Positions 15,501-28,100 of a stretch of DNA of 64,000 nt are shown here, piece by piece; the first letter of the stretch is position 1; each line of letters begins with the position of its first letter. The notes beneath the pieces were generated by a model that made no database searches, was not told the origin of the DNA, and was given only the letters and a program-made list of their open reading frames with translations. Location: positions 24,738,001 through 24,802,000 of the forward strand of contig OZ024744.1 in assembly GCA_964016885.1 (NCBI GenBank), given 5' to 3'. This DNA comes from Eledone cirrhosa. Taxonomy: Eukaryota. A program made the translations under genes and the position numbers.

Positions 15501-17455
15501 TATCACCACCACCACCACCACCACCACTACAACCACTATCACCACCACATCCACCACCACCACTACAACCACTATCACCACCACCACCACCACCACCACC
15601 ACTAATTGTATAAACCAATCTACCCCACCACCACTACTACAACCACTATCACCACCACCACCACCACCACCACTACAACCACTATCACCACCACCACCAC
15701 CACCACCACCACTAATTGTATAAACCAATCTACCCCACCACCACTACTACAACCACTATCACCACCACCACCACCACCACCACTACAACCACTATCACCA
15801 CCACCACCACCACCACCACTACAACCACTATCACCACCACCACCACCACCACCACTACAACCACTATCACCACCCCCACCACCACCACCACTACAACCAC
15901 TATCACCACCACCACCACCACCACCACCACTACAACCACTATCACCACCACATCCACCACCACCACTACAACCACTATCACCACCCCCACCACCACCACC
16001 ACCACTACAACCACTATCACCACCACCACCACCACCACCACTACAACCACTATCACCACCACCACCACCACCACCACTACAACCACTATCACCACCACAT
16101 CCACCACCACCACTACAACCACTATCACCACCACCACCACCACCACCACCACTAATTGTATAAACCAATCTACCCCACCACCACTACTACAACCACTATC
16201 ACCACCACCACCACCACCACCACTACAACCACTATCACCACCACCACCACCACCACCACCACTAATTGTATAAACCAATCTACCCCACCACCACTACTAC
16301 AACCACTATCACCACCACATCCACCACCACCACTACAACCACTATCACCACCACCACCACCACCACCACCACTAATTGTATAAACCAATTTACCCCACCA
16401 CCACTACTACAACCACTATCACCACCACCACCACCACCACCACTACAACCACTATCACCACCACCACCACCACCACCACCACCACTAATTGTATAAACCA
16501 ATCTACCCCACCACCACCACTACAACCACTATCACCACCACCACCACCACCACCACTACAACCACTATCACCACCACCACCACCACCACCACCACCACTA
16601 ATTGTATAAACCAATCTACCCCACCACCACTACTACAACCACTATCACCACCACCACCACCACCACCACTACAACCACTATCACCACCACCACCACCACC
16701 ACCACCACCACTAATTGTATAAACCAATCTACCCCACCACCACCACTACAACCACTATCACCACCACCACCACCACCACCACCACTACAACCACTATCAC
16801 CACCACCACCACCACCACCACCACCACTAATTGTATAAACCAATCTACCCCACCACCACTACTACAACCACTATCACCACCACCACCACCACCACCACTA
16901 CAACCACTATCACCACCCCCACCACCACCACCACCACTAATTGTATAAACCAATCTACCCCACCACCACCACTACAACCACTATCACCACCACCACCACC
17001 ACCACCACTACAACCACTATCACCACCCCCACCACCACCACCACCACTAATTGTATAAACCAATCTACCCCACCACCACTACTACAACCACTATCACCAC
17101 CACCACCACCACCACCACTACAACCACTATCACCACCACCACCACCACCACCACTACAACCACTATCACCACCACCACCACCACCACCACTAATTGTATA
17201 AACCAATCTACCCCACCACCACTACTACAACCACTATCACCACCACCACCACCACCACCACTACAACCACTATCACCACCACCACCACCACCACCACCAC
17301 CACTAATTGTATAAACCAATCTACCCCACCACCACTACTACAACCACTATCACCACCACCACCACCACCACCACTACAACCACTATCACCACCACCACCA
17401 CCACCACCACCACCACTAATTGTATAAACCAATCTACCCCACCACCACCACTACA
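536..17455. repeat. CCA-rich minisatellite array, ~45-75 bp units with palindromic core GATTGGTATAAACCAATC; ~110-113 bp variant units from ~14400
   Basis: Reiterated ctGATTGGTATAAACCAATCtacccca(cca)n-ctacaaccactatca(cca)n throughout; + strand almost devoid of G. Confidence 0.97.
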
Positions 17456-17584
17456 AGCACAAATTATTTTCCATTCATCTCATTCACCTAATTTCATCAC
17501 CATCACGAACATCATCATCATGTTAATCATCAGCATCGCCACCGCCGCCTCCGCCGCAGCCACCACGCACACGCACACACAGAC

Positions 17585-18305
<721 letters not shown>

Positions 18306-18497
18306 ATGTGTTATATACGTATAAGAGTGTTATTTAATAAAAATATGTCCAAATAAATCCGTCTCATCTATGATACCAAAACTCCAGTTGATACGTCACT
18401 GAGAACATCCTATGGAGTACAACTCGTTGAGTCCTTTATGTATGTATACAATATGTCGGGGGATTATATGATCAACTAACTTTCATTAATTGGATTG

Positions 18498-18672
18498 GGC
18501 GGTGGATTGACAGTATCCGTAGAGGGTCGCACGCCATGCTTTGACGCATAGAGTTACGGCCCTTGCCATTCTGAGTTCAAATCCCACCGAGGTTAACTTT
18601 GCCTTTCATCTTTACGGAGTCGATAAAATAGAGTACCAGTAATACACTGGGATAACAATTAGAAACAATTAA
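18498..18672 (+). mobile_element. tRNA-derived SINE (octopod-type)
   Basis: B-box-like GAGTTCAAATCCC followed by gaggttaactttgcctttcatc...gtcgataaaatagagtaccagt; four more copies in window. Confidence 0.8.
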
Positions 18673-18711
18673 TTGGATAATATATACATGTTTGTAAATA
18701 TGTTAACGTAC

Positions 18712-18786
<75 letters not shown>

Positions 18787-18807
18787 GACACACACACACA
18801 TATATAT

Positions 18808-18907
18808 ATATTGTTATACTTTGGGAGCGTCATGTTGCCAATAAGAAACACACGCACCAGTGTGTGTTTCTTATTGGCAACATGACCCTCCCAAAGTATA
18901 ACAATAT
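18808..18907. repeat. ~100 bp near-perfect palindrome (fold-back of an element terminus)
   Basis: atattgttatactttgggagcgtcatgttgccaataagaaacacac / gtgtgtttcttattggcaacatgaccctcccaaagtataacaatat; same terminus at ~56925-56948 and 63932-63960. Confidence 0.85.
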
Positions 18908-19055
18908 CGGTTTCAACACACGATTTCAGATAAAGAATCTTGCTAAACAAATTCAGAAACGAAATATATATACGTTATTCCGTGTTGAATCGGAGGTAAC
19001 CACAGTAAGTAAGGTGCTCAATAGATTGCAGAGTATAAAAGTTTTAATATAGATG

Positions 19056-19106
19056 AGAATCTACAGGACTAGAACTGTTTCATTCTTTAGAAATCATCAG
19101 GAATCT
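19056..19106 (-). ncRNA. Type I hammerhead ribozyme motif (family A, left arm)
   Basis: AGAUUC-CUGAUGA-helix II-GAA-ACAG...CUGU-A-GAUUCU; one helix I mismatch. Confidence 0.7.
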
Positions 19107-19147
19107 GGGTATCAAAAAATAAATACCATACATATTTTTTGATACCC

Positions 19148-19198
19148 AGATTCCTGATGATTTCTAAAGAATGAAACAGTTCTAGTCCTGTAGAATCT
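19148..19198 (+). ncRNA. Type I hammerhead ribozyme motif (family A, right arm)
   Basis: Helix I AGAUUC/GAAUCU, core CUGAUGA 19154-19160, helix II UUC/GAA, GAAA, helix III ACAG/CUGU, GUA site, predicted cut after 19192. Confidence 0.8.
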
Positions 19199-19240
19199 CA
19201 TTTATATTAAATCTATATACATATATATATATGTTGACGT

Positions 19241-19955
19241 TATAGTCACTTATATATTATGAAATACTGTTGGCTTCTTGCTCACAATAATTTCTATACT
19301 TTCATTTATATTTATACTCAGATTTCTTTCCTAGAGTGCTTAAATTATTTGTGACTAATCCCGGTCTTTTTTTTAAATAACCGCGATAATATTGCTTTTG
19401 CTGAACTCCTTATATTGTAGAGTTTTTTTCGGAATGTTTTTGACTGTTATTTCATGTAAACAGACATTCGTCTCATTCTGACGTCACCAGCCCTGTCTCT
19501 ACATGCGCGTTTATCTTCATATTTACGCATGACTTTGAACTAGCCTGCTTTTAAATTCCCTTTTTAGCATATTATAAACAGTGGGACTTTAGTTATCGTG
19601 TTTCTGAGCTCTGCTGATGATCGATTCCAACCGTGACTTTCCCCACTGAAAGTTTCGTGAAATACTCTTTTTTAAGACTATACAGAGCATTTGTAGTTTT
19701 TCCAAATTGAAGGATGAGTATTTTAAACTTTATTTTATTCTGAGTTAAGGCTCTATTGATTTTTTCCCTGAATTTCGCTAAATTCTGTTGGATGAATCTA
19801 TATCCTGATTCTTTTTGAATCGAGTTTGAATTATTTTTCCCACATCTTACGTTAACTATTTTCCCATTTTGATGCTATAGTCACTTATATATTATGGAAT
19901 ACTGTTGGCTTCTTGCTACAATACTTTCTATACTTTTCATTTATATTTATACTCG

Positions 19956-19957
<2 letters not shown>
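19241..19957 (+). mobile_element. Family E element: ~80 bp terminal direct repeats around one HHR (pLTR/retrozyme-like)
   Basis: tatagtcacttatatattat...tttatactc at 19241-19319 and 19877-19953; further copy on minus at ~56585-56690. Confidence 0.7.
19608..19688 (+). ncRNA. Type I hammerhead ribozyme motif (family E)
   Basis: Helix I GCUCUG/CAGAGC, CUGAUGA 19614-19620, helix II CGA/UCG, GAAA, helix III AUAcUCUU/AAGAcUAU, AUA site, predicted cut after 19682. Confidence 0.78.
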
Positions 19958-20022
<65 letters not shown>

Positions 20023-20025
<3 letters not shown>

Positions 20026-20172
20026 TCATTCGTCGACTACTGTCGAGATGATGGATCTCACTCTCATGCCCCAGAATTCCCTGTCCCCCATCGCCGCCCC
20101 CAGGTCCTGTCTACTGATTCCCGTATCCCTAGAGAAAACGTCAGGGAATGACAGCTTCCTACTTCCTACTCC
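20023..20172 (-). mobile_element. 5'-truncated RTE-clade LINE 3' end
   Basis: Minus translation FPDVFSRDTGISRQDLGAAMGDREFW...* fits the RTE ORF C-terminal pattern DTG..L...M.DR..W; ends TGATGA into (TA)n. Confidence 0.6.
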
Positions 20173-20190
20173 TATATATATATATATATA

Positions 20191-20932
20191 AAACATGAGA
20201 AGAAAGAAGAATACTGCGTGGTTGCACATGGGTTACATATGATAAAAATAGTCCTTCGTCAGTGATTTTCTAACCATCATTGGTACTTCATCGCATTAAA
20301 AATCATATACCTCAGGTTGGTGCGAGCAATAACTAAAAAAAAGTTATTGGGACCAGTAAATCGCGTAAAGCGAGGGGGACAAGTAAACAACATAGAAGGA
20401 TAAAAGCAAACCAAAGATAGAAAATAAACAAGCAACATGGTTGTCCGGTCAGCATAAGCTGGGTGGATTTCATGAGCGCGATAGGTACAGACCGTCCGAC
20501 GTGAGTGAGATGTAAGCAAGAAGAGACCCACTACAAGCTAAACGGGAGGAAGTGAGAAGGGGAGAAACAGAGAGTGAGTGAGTGGAAGTGCGAGGAAGAG
20601 GTCAGTCGAGAGAAAGTGTAACTGACAGAGGGGGCGAAAGAAGGTGAGAGAAACAGAGAGAACGGGGAAGCAGTAATAGAGAAACAGACAAACGCAGCCG
20701 AGGTAAATATATATAAAAAACATGAGAAGAAAGAAGAATACTGCGTGGTTGCACATGGTTTACATATGATAAAAATAGTCCTTCGTCAGTGATTTTCCAA
20801 CTATCATTGGTATTTCATCGCATTAAAAATCATATACCTCAGGTTGGTGCGAGCAATAATTAAAAAAAGTTATTGGGACCAGTAAATCGCGTAAAGCGAG
20901 GGGGACAAGTAAACAACATAGAAGGATTAAAG

Positions 20933-20936
<4 letters not shown>
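20191..20936. repeat. Partial tandem duplication (family D), ~220 bp repeat with ~527 bp period
   Basis: aaacatgagaagaaagaag...aaagcaaa at 20191-20410 and 20718-20936; (TA)n on both sides. Confidence 0.85.
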
Positions 20937-20972
<36 letters not shown>

Positions 20973-21053
20973 TATAGATATATATACTACTTCTACGAAA
21001 CTCGTCCTATGGACTGAGTGCTCTACTACTACGGATATATACCTCCAGTGTTC

Positions 21054-21166
<113 letters not shown>

Positions 21167-21179
21167 CCGTGGATATCTC

Positions 21180-21211
<32 letters not shown>

Positions 21212-21298
21212 GGAAAAATTTGAACAGGAACAAAACAGAGAGGCAGTACAACGAATGTTTATTAATTTCACGCTCTGGAGAGTGGGATGGTGGTGGGG

Positions 21299-21332
21299 AA
21301 CGACGTTTCGGGCATAAGCCCTTCCTCAGGTG
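21299..21332 (-). ncRNA. Minimal hammerhead ribozyme motif (PLE type)
   Basis: CUGAGGA-a-GGGC-UUAU-GCCC-GAAACGUC; palindromic ACGU helix III; helix I only ~2 bp. Confidence 0.65.
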
Positions 21333-22801
21333 AGAAGTGTGTGGGAACAGAGTTCAAAAGGTGTGTAGGGGAGTGGTGGAGAGACAGAAAGCGAAAGGAA
21401 ACGGTGCGAATGAAATTAAAAATAAAAATAAAAATAAAGCATGATCAAAATAAAAGGAATGAAATAAAATTAAATATAAAAGCATGATCAAAATAAACTG
21501 AAATTAAAAGGGGGGTAAAACAGGTGGTGGAAGGGTGTGGGGTGTGTAGGGGTGGTGGCGGGTGGAGTGGGGAGAGGGAGACGGGGTGTCCGAGCGGGGA
21601 GGGCTGAAGGTCGTGTGTGTGTGTAGGTGTACGTGTGTGTATGTGAAAGTAAGGGTTGGGGGAAGAACGGGGTTGCATGTTCAGGAAGAGGTGTGTGGGG
21701 GGGGGGGGGGTTGTAGGTCGGAGTGTCTGTGCGTGTGAGGTAGAGGGGTGGGGGAGAGGAATCAGGAGGCTGAGGGTGTAAATATGTGGTGGAAAGCACG
21801 TGTGGGGGGTTTAAGCGTGTTGTAGGTGTAGGTGGCGTGTGGAGAAAAAAAATTTGTTGGGGTGTGTGTGTGGGTGAGTTATATAGGTGATTCTGTAAGA
21901 GGATGGTTGAAAAGTTGGTAAAATCCTATGATGTTTAGTGGATTCTGTGGTGGTCAAGTTCCACATACGAGTATTCCATGAAGAGATGGTCGGAAGAGGA
22001 GAGATGTGGGGTGCCCGCGCAACAGGAAGTGGTCAAGCAGTGGGAGTGCTGTGTGTCTGTTTGTGCTGGGAGATGGTCAGAAGGCATAACAGCAGTCGGT
22101 GGAATGGTAAAGTGGCGAGGATGGGTAGGTGTGAAAGTTGGAGTGAGGAGGGTGTGTGTGTGTGTATTAGTAGAGGTGTTAGTGGGATGAGTGAGTGTGG
22201 AGCGAGGGTGTGGGTGGAGAGGGGAGAGAAGGGTGTGTGTAGTTCTATGGAGGGAGTGTGGTGTACTGGTGTGTGTGTAGTTTGATGAAGGGGTGTTAGT
22301 GGGTGTTAGTATACGGGAGGTGGGGAGGGTTGAATGCAGGTGTGAGTGTGGGTTAGTGGTGGTAGGGTGTGTAGAGTTGGTGGTGTACGAGGGTGTGTGG
22401 GTACGTGTGCGTGGGGTTGGGGGTGTTAGTGATGTTAGTTGCGTGTGGCGTGGGTGGTGTAAGTGGGTGCGTGTGTTCGAGTGCTTGGGGTCAGGGGGTG
22501 TTAGTGAGGTTAGTTGTGGGGTGGTGGGATGGAGGTGTGGGGGTGAGGGTTAGTGGTGGTAGTAGGGTGTGTGTTTAGTGTGAGCGCGTGTATATATGTG
22601 CCGGTGAGTGTGTGCATGCGATAAGGAGGGGGAGCAGGAGAAGAAGGGAGGGATGTTAGTATGTTAGTTGGGGAAGGGTGGTCGGATGAGGGGTGGAGTG
22701 GAGGTGTTAGTATTGTTAGTTGTGGGGTGGGCTGTGAAAAGGAGGGGTGTGTTAATGGTGTTAGTGGGGGATAAGTGTGGGGGGAGGGGGGCGGTCGAAG
22801 G

Positions 22802-22906
22802 CTAAAGGAATAAGGGTGGGGAGTTCAGGCCGGGGGGAGTGTGGGTTTGTAAGATGAAGATAGTTCTTTGTTCGACTCTAAGGCGATTGGCGGGTGTTCC
22901 GTGGCA
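22802..22906 (-). pseudogene. C-terminal remnant of PLE GIY-YIG endonuclease
   Basis: CHGTPANRLRVEQRTIFILQTHTPPGLNSPPLFL*: R...E...I..L.T..P.GLN motif. Confidence 0.65.
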
Positions 22907-23166
22907 TTGTCTATAGAATCACAAGATAAAATATATACTATTTCCTCTCCTAATTAGCATAATTAACCATATAAAAAATCGAATAGACCAGGCTATAAGA
23001 ATGAGGTTTCTATGAAGAAATCTCCAACAAATAACCGAAACTAGCGCTTCGCGTCGGCCGTAGCGGAATATTTATCGAATATTTCGACAGCGTAATCGCC
23101 CAGATATAGTCAACTAAACAGAATTAGGTGTAAAATAAACTAGGAGAAAATAGAATACATTTAAAT

Positions 23167-23254
23167 ACCTCAAACATGGTTTCGTCCGTATTTTGAGTTT
23201 TCCAATAATTATGTAATAATTATATAAACTCGAGCGCCGGATTCATCAGGAAGC
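23167..23254 (-). ncRNA. Hammerhead ribozyme motif (family B, inverted copy, helix III mutated)
   Basis: GCUUC-CUGAUGA-aUCCG...CGGAc-GAAACCAUGUUU-GAGGU. Confidence 0.55.
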
Positions 23255-24060
23255 TCGCTCTTATCTAGACACTAAATTTTCCAGTGATCGCGCCAAGAAA
23301 TTCATTTCAAAATGGCTAAAAATCGTGACGTAGTCACGGTCAGGTTGGAAGGGGTGTGGTAGTTGCTTACGACTGGTGGCATTTTTGCTAGAAAGCACAG
23401 CACAATACAGCCAGTATCGAGTCGAGTTTATATAATTATTACATAATTATTGGAAAACTCAAAATACGGACGAAACCATGGTAGAGGTATTTAAATGTAT
23501 TCTATTTTCTTCTAGTTTATTTTACACCTAATTCTGTTTAGTTGACTATATCTGAGCGATTACGCTGTCGAAATATTCGATAAATACTCTGCTACGGCCG
23601 ACGTGAAGCGCTAGTTTCGGTTATTTGTTGGAGATTTCTTCATAGAAACCTCATTCTTATAGCCTGGTCTATTCGATTTTTTATATGGTTAATTATGCTA
23701 ATTGGGAGAAGAAACAGTATATATTTTATCTTGTGATTCTATAGACATGTTTTATGATATATAGCTCTGATTGTTTAATTTATTAATTTTTCATTGAGCC
23801 ACAAAGTGACCAGTTGCAAAACACGTATATATATATGTATGTATATATATATGTAAACTTTTATATGTAATAATCTCCCATTAGGTTGAGATACAAATTT
23901 GGCTGTATTGTGCTGTGCTTTCTAGCAAAAGTGCCACCAGTCGTAAGCAACTACCACACCCCTTCCAACCCGACCGCGACTACGTCACGATTTTTAGCCA
24001 TTTTGAAATGAATTTCTTGGCGCGATCACTTTGGAAAATTTAGTGTCTAGATAAGAGCGA

Positions 24061-24148
24061 GCTTCCTGATGAATCCGGCGCTCGAGTTTATATAATTATT
24101 ACATAATTATTGGAAAACTCAAAATACGGACGAAACCATGGTTGAGGT
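24061..24148 (+). ncRNA. Hammerhead ribozyme motif (family B) with long helix II and palindromic helix III
   Basis: GCUUC/GAGGU helix I, CUGAUGA 24066-24072, UCCG/CGGA plus inner GAGUUU/AAACUC, GAA-ACCAUGGU-U. Confidence 0.72.
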
Positions 24149-24517
24149 ATTTAAATGTATTCTACTTTCTCCTAGTTTATTTTACACCTAATTCTGTTTA
24201 GTTGACTATATCTGGGCGATTACGCTGTCGAAATATTCGATAAATATTCCGCTACGGTCGACGCGAAGCGCTAGTTTCGGTTATTTGTTGGAGATTTCTT
24301 CATAGAAACCTCATTCTTATAGCCTGGTCTATTCGATTTTTTATATGGTTAATTATGCTAATTGGGAGAGGAAATAGTATATATTTTATCTTATGATTCT
24401 ATAGACATGTTTTATGATATATAGCTCTGATTGTTTAATTTATTAATTTTTCATTGAGCCACAAAGTGACCAGTTGCAAAACACGTATATATATATGTAT
24501 GTATATATATATGTAAA

Positions 24518-24595
<78 letters not shown>

Positions 24596-24691
24596 CATGA
24601 GTGTGTGCTATGATATTCATACTAACGGAGAAAGGAGGAACCGAGCTAGGGCTTGGAGCAGGAAGAATGGGAGTGAAGGTGACATGTAATG

Positions 24692-24758
<67 letters not shown>

Positions 24759-25166
24759 GGACAATCAGTAGAAATAAGAGAGAGAGAGGACAATCAGTAG
24801 AGAGAGAGAGAGAGACAGGACAATCAGTAGAGAGAGAGAGTGTGTGTGTGTGTGACAGGGGACAGGCAATGACACGGAGTCAACGTAGAAAATATGTACG
24901 ACGTAATGTAATTGACAATACAAGGATAGATAGACAGACAGACAGACTGACAGACGGACTGACAGACAAACATACATACAGACAGACTGACAGACAGACT
25001 GATATATATACAGACAGACTAATTTCTGTTTATTTGCCACGAGGGCATAAAAGAAAGGGACACATACATCGGGGAGGGGGGAGTTTACATAGAAATCGAG
25101 TAAAAAAATGTGCGACCCTTCTCCACGGAAGCACAAAGATAGAGTCCTCCCTTCTTCCTTTTCCAC

Positions 25167-28100
25167 CTACAGGCTGAGGTAGAGAGAAGGCCCATTCACA
25201 CGGGCCATTCTCGCAACTTTCACCCACTTTTCATAAAACTGGCTGGGGTGGAGCACCTCTCTCTCCATCCTGATCCTTCTTCGGAGATAGTATCGGAAGA
25301 AAAGGACCAGTTGTTGGCCGGAAAGAAAGGTGTCCGACCTCAGCCCTTTTAGACGCGTCCACCATATAACCTCTTTGACCATGGCTATTACACAGAGGAA
25401 GACCGCCTCTCCTTCAGTTTTGAAGGGGGGAGGCGGCTTGATCGTTACAATGGACTCGGTGGTCAACCTAATTGGTCCCACCCGTGACAGCAGTTGTTCG
25501 ACATGGCCCCACAGATCAGTAACGCCCGGGAAGTGCACCAATGCGTGCGCGACGGTTTCCTCGTCGCACACGCATCTGGGACAGATCTTTTTCGAGGGGT
25601 CCCTACTCGGGCGCCCGTGTCTGTAGAGCTTATCCCGACGGGCAGAGCCCCTCGGCAGCACTGCCAGACCAAGGACTTCTGGAAGTTGTCCATAGGTCCC
25701 GGGCCGAAAGTCCTACCGAATAGGCTGGCCAGTTCGTCCTTCTCCATGCCTAGTGTTTCTCCGAGGGCGTCGTTGCACCTGCTAACCACCAACCCTCTAT
25801 AGAAAGACGAGGTGGAGTCTCCACCGATAGCCGGGTCCGCTTGCCAGAGAGCCGTGAGCGCCTGGGCACACTCGGTGTGCCAGTCGCCCAGTTTTATCGG
25901 TCTTTGCTTCACCCAGGACTACAGCTCGGTGAGCGAGACGAGCCTCGGGAAGGCTCGCCTCACAAACGGGGCCCACACCGGTTGATTTTGAGGAATACCT
26001 GGAGGTGCCGTAGCCTCAATGCTAGTTTACGCATTTTTAGCCACGGCTTCCACAGCCCTCCTTTCAAAGGGTGTTGACAGCAGATGGATCTCCTCACCAG
26101 GGAAGACCCTTTCCTCCAAAGGAAGTGAAAGAGAGCGTGCTCCATTTTGGCGAGGGTCTCACCCGGGCAAAGCACGACAGTCAAGCGGTAATAGGTGACG
26201 GATGCTATGTAAGCGTTCGCCACCTCCGCCCGACCTTTCAGGGATAGTTTGCACTCGGCCCACTTCTGGGTCAGTGCAAGCACCCTATTCGTCACCTCAC
26301 CCCAGTTTTTCTCCACCTGGAGGTCCGGTCCGAACCAGACCCCAAGCAACTTCACCGGGCCCTCCGTCCACCGTCCGACGATACCGTCGGACGACATCGG
26401 TTTGCACCTCCACTCGCCGAGTTGCAAAGCGACTGACTTGTCCCGGTTCAGCTTAGCCCCTGTCAACCTTTCGTACTCCTCCAGTAAGGTGCCGATTGCC
26501 TCGATTTCCACGGTGGTCGACACCATTACTGTTACGTCATCGGCGTAGGTCGACACCGCTTTGCGCAATCCCGGTTCCAAAGAGATGCCCTGCAACAACT
26601 CCAACTTCCGCAGTAGTGGCTCGAGAGCCAATACATACAGAAGGGAGGAGACAGGGCACCCCTGTCGGAGGAGCGGGTGATTTCGAACGGCTCCGAGAGG
26701 TAGCCGTTCACCTTGACTCTAGAGCAGATGCGGCTGCTATGCATGGCAGTGATCCAGCCCCTGAAAACGGGTCTGAAACCAGCCGCCGCTAGCACCGCAT
26801 CCAGGTAACCGTGGTCCACCCTATCGAAAGCTTTAGACTGATCTAAATTTATCAGGGCCCCACCAAAGACGGGTTCGTTCCTAACCCTCTCTATGATGTA
26901 TCGCATGAGGTGGAGGTTATCGTGGATGGACCTGGACGGGATAGCGCATGTCTGCGCATCTCCCAACAGCCCCCCCCCCCCCACAACAAGCGCCAACCTC
27001 TTCGCTAACACCTTGGCCAAAATCTTTAACTCTGCATTTAGCAGAGTTATGGGCCTAAAATTACTAATGTCATCCCCCTTGTTCTCGTCTTTCCTCACTA
27101 GAGAGACTACGCCCTTGGTCACAGAACAGGGAATTCTCCCGTTCTGTTGCCAGTTGCAGTAGACCGCCTCGAGGAGATCGGGGAACAAGTCCGACATACC
27201 AATATATAGTTCGTAGGGCAGACCATCGAGCCCTGGAGATTTGCGTTTGCTGCATAGGCTCAGCACGTCCCCTATTTCAGCAGCTGAGATCGGCCCGTCG
27301 CAGGACCTCACCTCCTTGTCCGAAAGACGCGGCAGGCCGTCGAGGTATGGACCGAAGTCCACATCCCCAACCGGCCCCCCGCCCCTCCCGAACAATCGGG
27401 CAAAGTGCCTTTGAAAGGCCTCGCACATTTGCTTAGGTTCAAGGATCACCCGTCCATCCTGGTCTCGCAAAGACCGGATAGTGGATCTAATCCCAATTTT
27501 GGCTTCTGCCACGCGGGCCCAGCTAACAGCTTTGGTCCCCTCGTTTCCCAGAGCACGTATTTTGCTTCGGACAACGCAGCCTTCGCGTCGAAGAACTGGC
27601 CCAAGGCCGTTCTCGACGCTTGCTCTCTGGCCACGTTGCCGCTTCTCATTGCCTTTTCAACATTAACTACCAACTCCCTTTCCTTCCTATTTCTATCTGA
27701 GGCTAACCCCTTACTAACGTCTATTGAAACTACTCTAATCTCTCTTTTTAGAGAGCCCCACCACCTGCTGTTGACGATGGCACCCGTCAACCACTCCTTA
27801 ACTAAGGTTCTAATCCGGTCCCTGTAAGTTCTACTTGCCGGTAAGGACAAGTTGAGCTTCCAGTAACCGGGTCCCTGTCTATGCGTTCTATCAAGGTGAA
27901 CTACGCAGGTCACTAACTTGTGGTCTGAATAGCCCACCATGAGCATTTCTGGACAACTTAAAAAGTCCCTATCCTTGATTCTAACTAAGAACCTATCTAG
28001 GTACGATCTAGATTGACCGCTATGATTTGTCCAAGTCCAGGTTGGCACAGTCGGAAAATCTAGTCGATATCTATCGGCCAGGTAAAATCGGCCTGTTAAC

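Larger units (their letters stand above)
18978..19212. mobile_element. Family A non-autonomous PLE pLTR-like element, inverted pair of HHRs
   Basis: Inverted arms ~19044-19121 / 19133-19210; related copies at 130-232, 40685-40800, 44478-44630, 44765-44920, 62150-62300. Confidence 0.75.
21209..22908 (-). mobile_element. 3' fragment of Neptune-like Penelope element (EN C-terminus, long C-rich 3' region, pLTR with minimal HHR)
   Basis: GIY-YIG C-terminal peptide, HHR at 21299-21332, AATAAA and terminus into (TA)n; solo copy of terminus at 43528-43588. Confidence 0.7.
22908..24522. mobile_element. Family B pLTR-like element: one inverted plus two tandem copies
   Basis: Minus copy 22908-23413; plus copies ~23423-23865 and ~23900-24522 (period ~658 bp); near-identical sequence. 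Confidence 0.85.

Noticed and set aside
536-17455. CRISPR-like array (palindromic repeat plus variable spacers)
   Set aside because: Spacers are not unique sequences, only CCA length variants; no cas genes; eukaryotic context
536-17455. Telomeric repeat tract
   Set aside because: No TTAGGG/CCCTAA arrays; ordinary sequence continues on both sides
18498-18672. tRNA gene
   Set aside because: Only a B-box-like motif within a multi-copy SINE; no cloverleaf
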